Shown one piece after another: positions 63,775 through 64,000 of a stretch of DNA of 64,000 nt (position 1 is the stretch's first letter; every line of letters begins with the position of its first letter). The position numbers and the translations under genes are program-made. Location of the stretch: IMG/VR virus record IMGVR_UViG_3300010413_000015, positions 10,952 to 74,951 of that record; one strand, given 5' to 3'. The DNA is from a virus. The notes below the pieces were generated by a model. That model searched no databases, was not told where the DNA came from, and saw nothing but the letters and a program-made list of their open reading frames with translations.

Positions 63775-63906
63775 GGCAAGGGTAGCTCAGTGGTAGAGCA
63801 ACGAAAAAGCGAATCACCATACCAATTATCCCCTTGTAGGGGGGCGGCCGTGATTTGTTCTAGCCTATGGAGCCGTTGGTCGCAGGTTCGAATCCTGCCC
63901 CTTGCC
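63775..63906 (+). tRNA. tRNA-His-like RNA (anticodon ATG) with a 59-nt insert at 29/30
   Basis: Acceptor GCAAGGG/CCCTTGC plus G-1:C73; D arm GCTC-AGTGGTA-GAGC; T arm GCAGG-TTCGAAT-CCTGC; anticodon stem ACG^GC/GCCGT once 63804-63862 is removed. Confidence 0.65.
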
Positions 63907-64000
63907 CCTCCACCGTAAGGTGGGCTGGGTCAATTGCCTAGGTTTACCCCAGCAGATAGACAGAGAATGGTCGGTTGCAATGGGTTACTGCCAAATGTCC

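Noticed and set aside
63804-63862. Group I or archaeal BHB intron
   Set aside because: 59 nt is too short for group I, and the required 4-bp central helix of a BHB does not form at the inferred junctions.
1-64000. Integrated prophage with att sites or host flanks
   Set aside because: No integrase or host housekeeping genes are in the window; lifestyle cannot be decided here.

Overview
The window is most of the genome of a tailed dsDNA bacteriophage. A tail tube, frameshifted chaperones and a tape measure with no sheath point to a siphovirus-like virion; a Chloroflexota host is only a weak inference. The minus-strand late block (45.2 kb to 2.0 kb) encodes two glycoside-hydrolase-like proteins, TerL, a glycan-tailoring cassette (GT2-methyltransferase, methyltransferase, sulfotransferase, RGP/GT75-like), portal, repeat-rich fibres, scaffold, capsid, head-tail proteins, a GT4-like enzyme, the tail, a phosphoesterase and a holin. 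The mostly plus-strand early block (45.5-64 kb) encodes small ORFs, TerS, RNase H, a single-subunit two-barrel RNA polymerase, SSB, an XRE repressor switch, and pentapeptide, clamp-like and MutS-I-like proteins. Highlights: (1) the 2689-aa tape measure protein carries an N-terminal two-barrel RNA polymerase (RFP...GGDFDAD) with an inserted ComEA-type HhH module, alongside a second, stand-alone DFDGD polymerase; (2) an exact 13-bp quasi-palindrome, TTTCCG(A/T)CGGAAA, occurs 12 times across the window, mostly inside genes and in all three reading frames; (3) a permuted twister ribozyme is embedded in a repeated intergenic RNA element; (4) a tRNA-His-like RNA has a 59-nt insert at position 29/30 and may be Y-RNA-related; (5) the glycosylation, sulfation and methylation genes lie within the virion operon. 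No integrase, DNA polymerase, primase or CRISPR array is visible. All calls come from reading motifs by eye; no searches were run.
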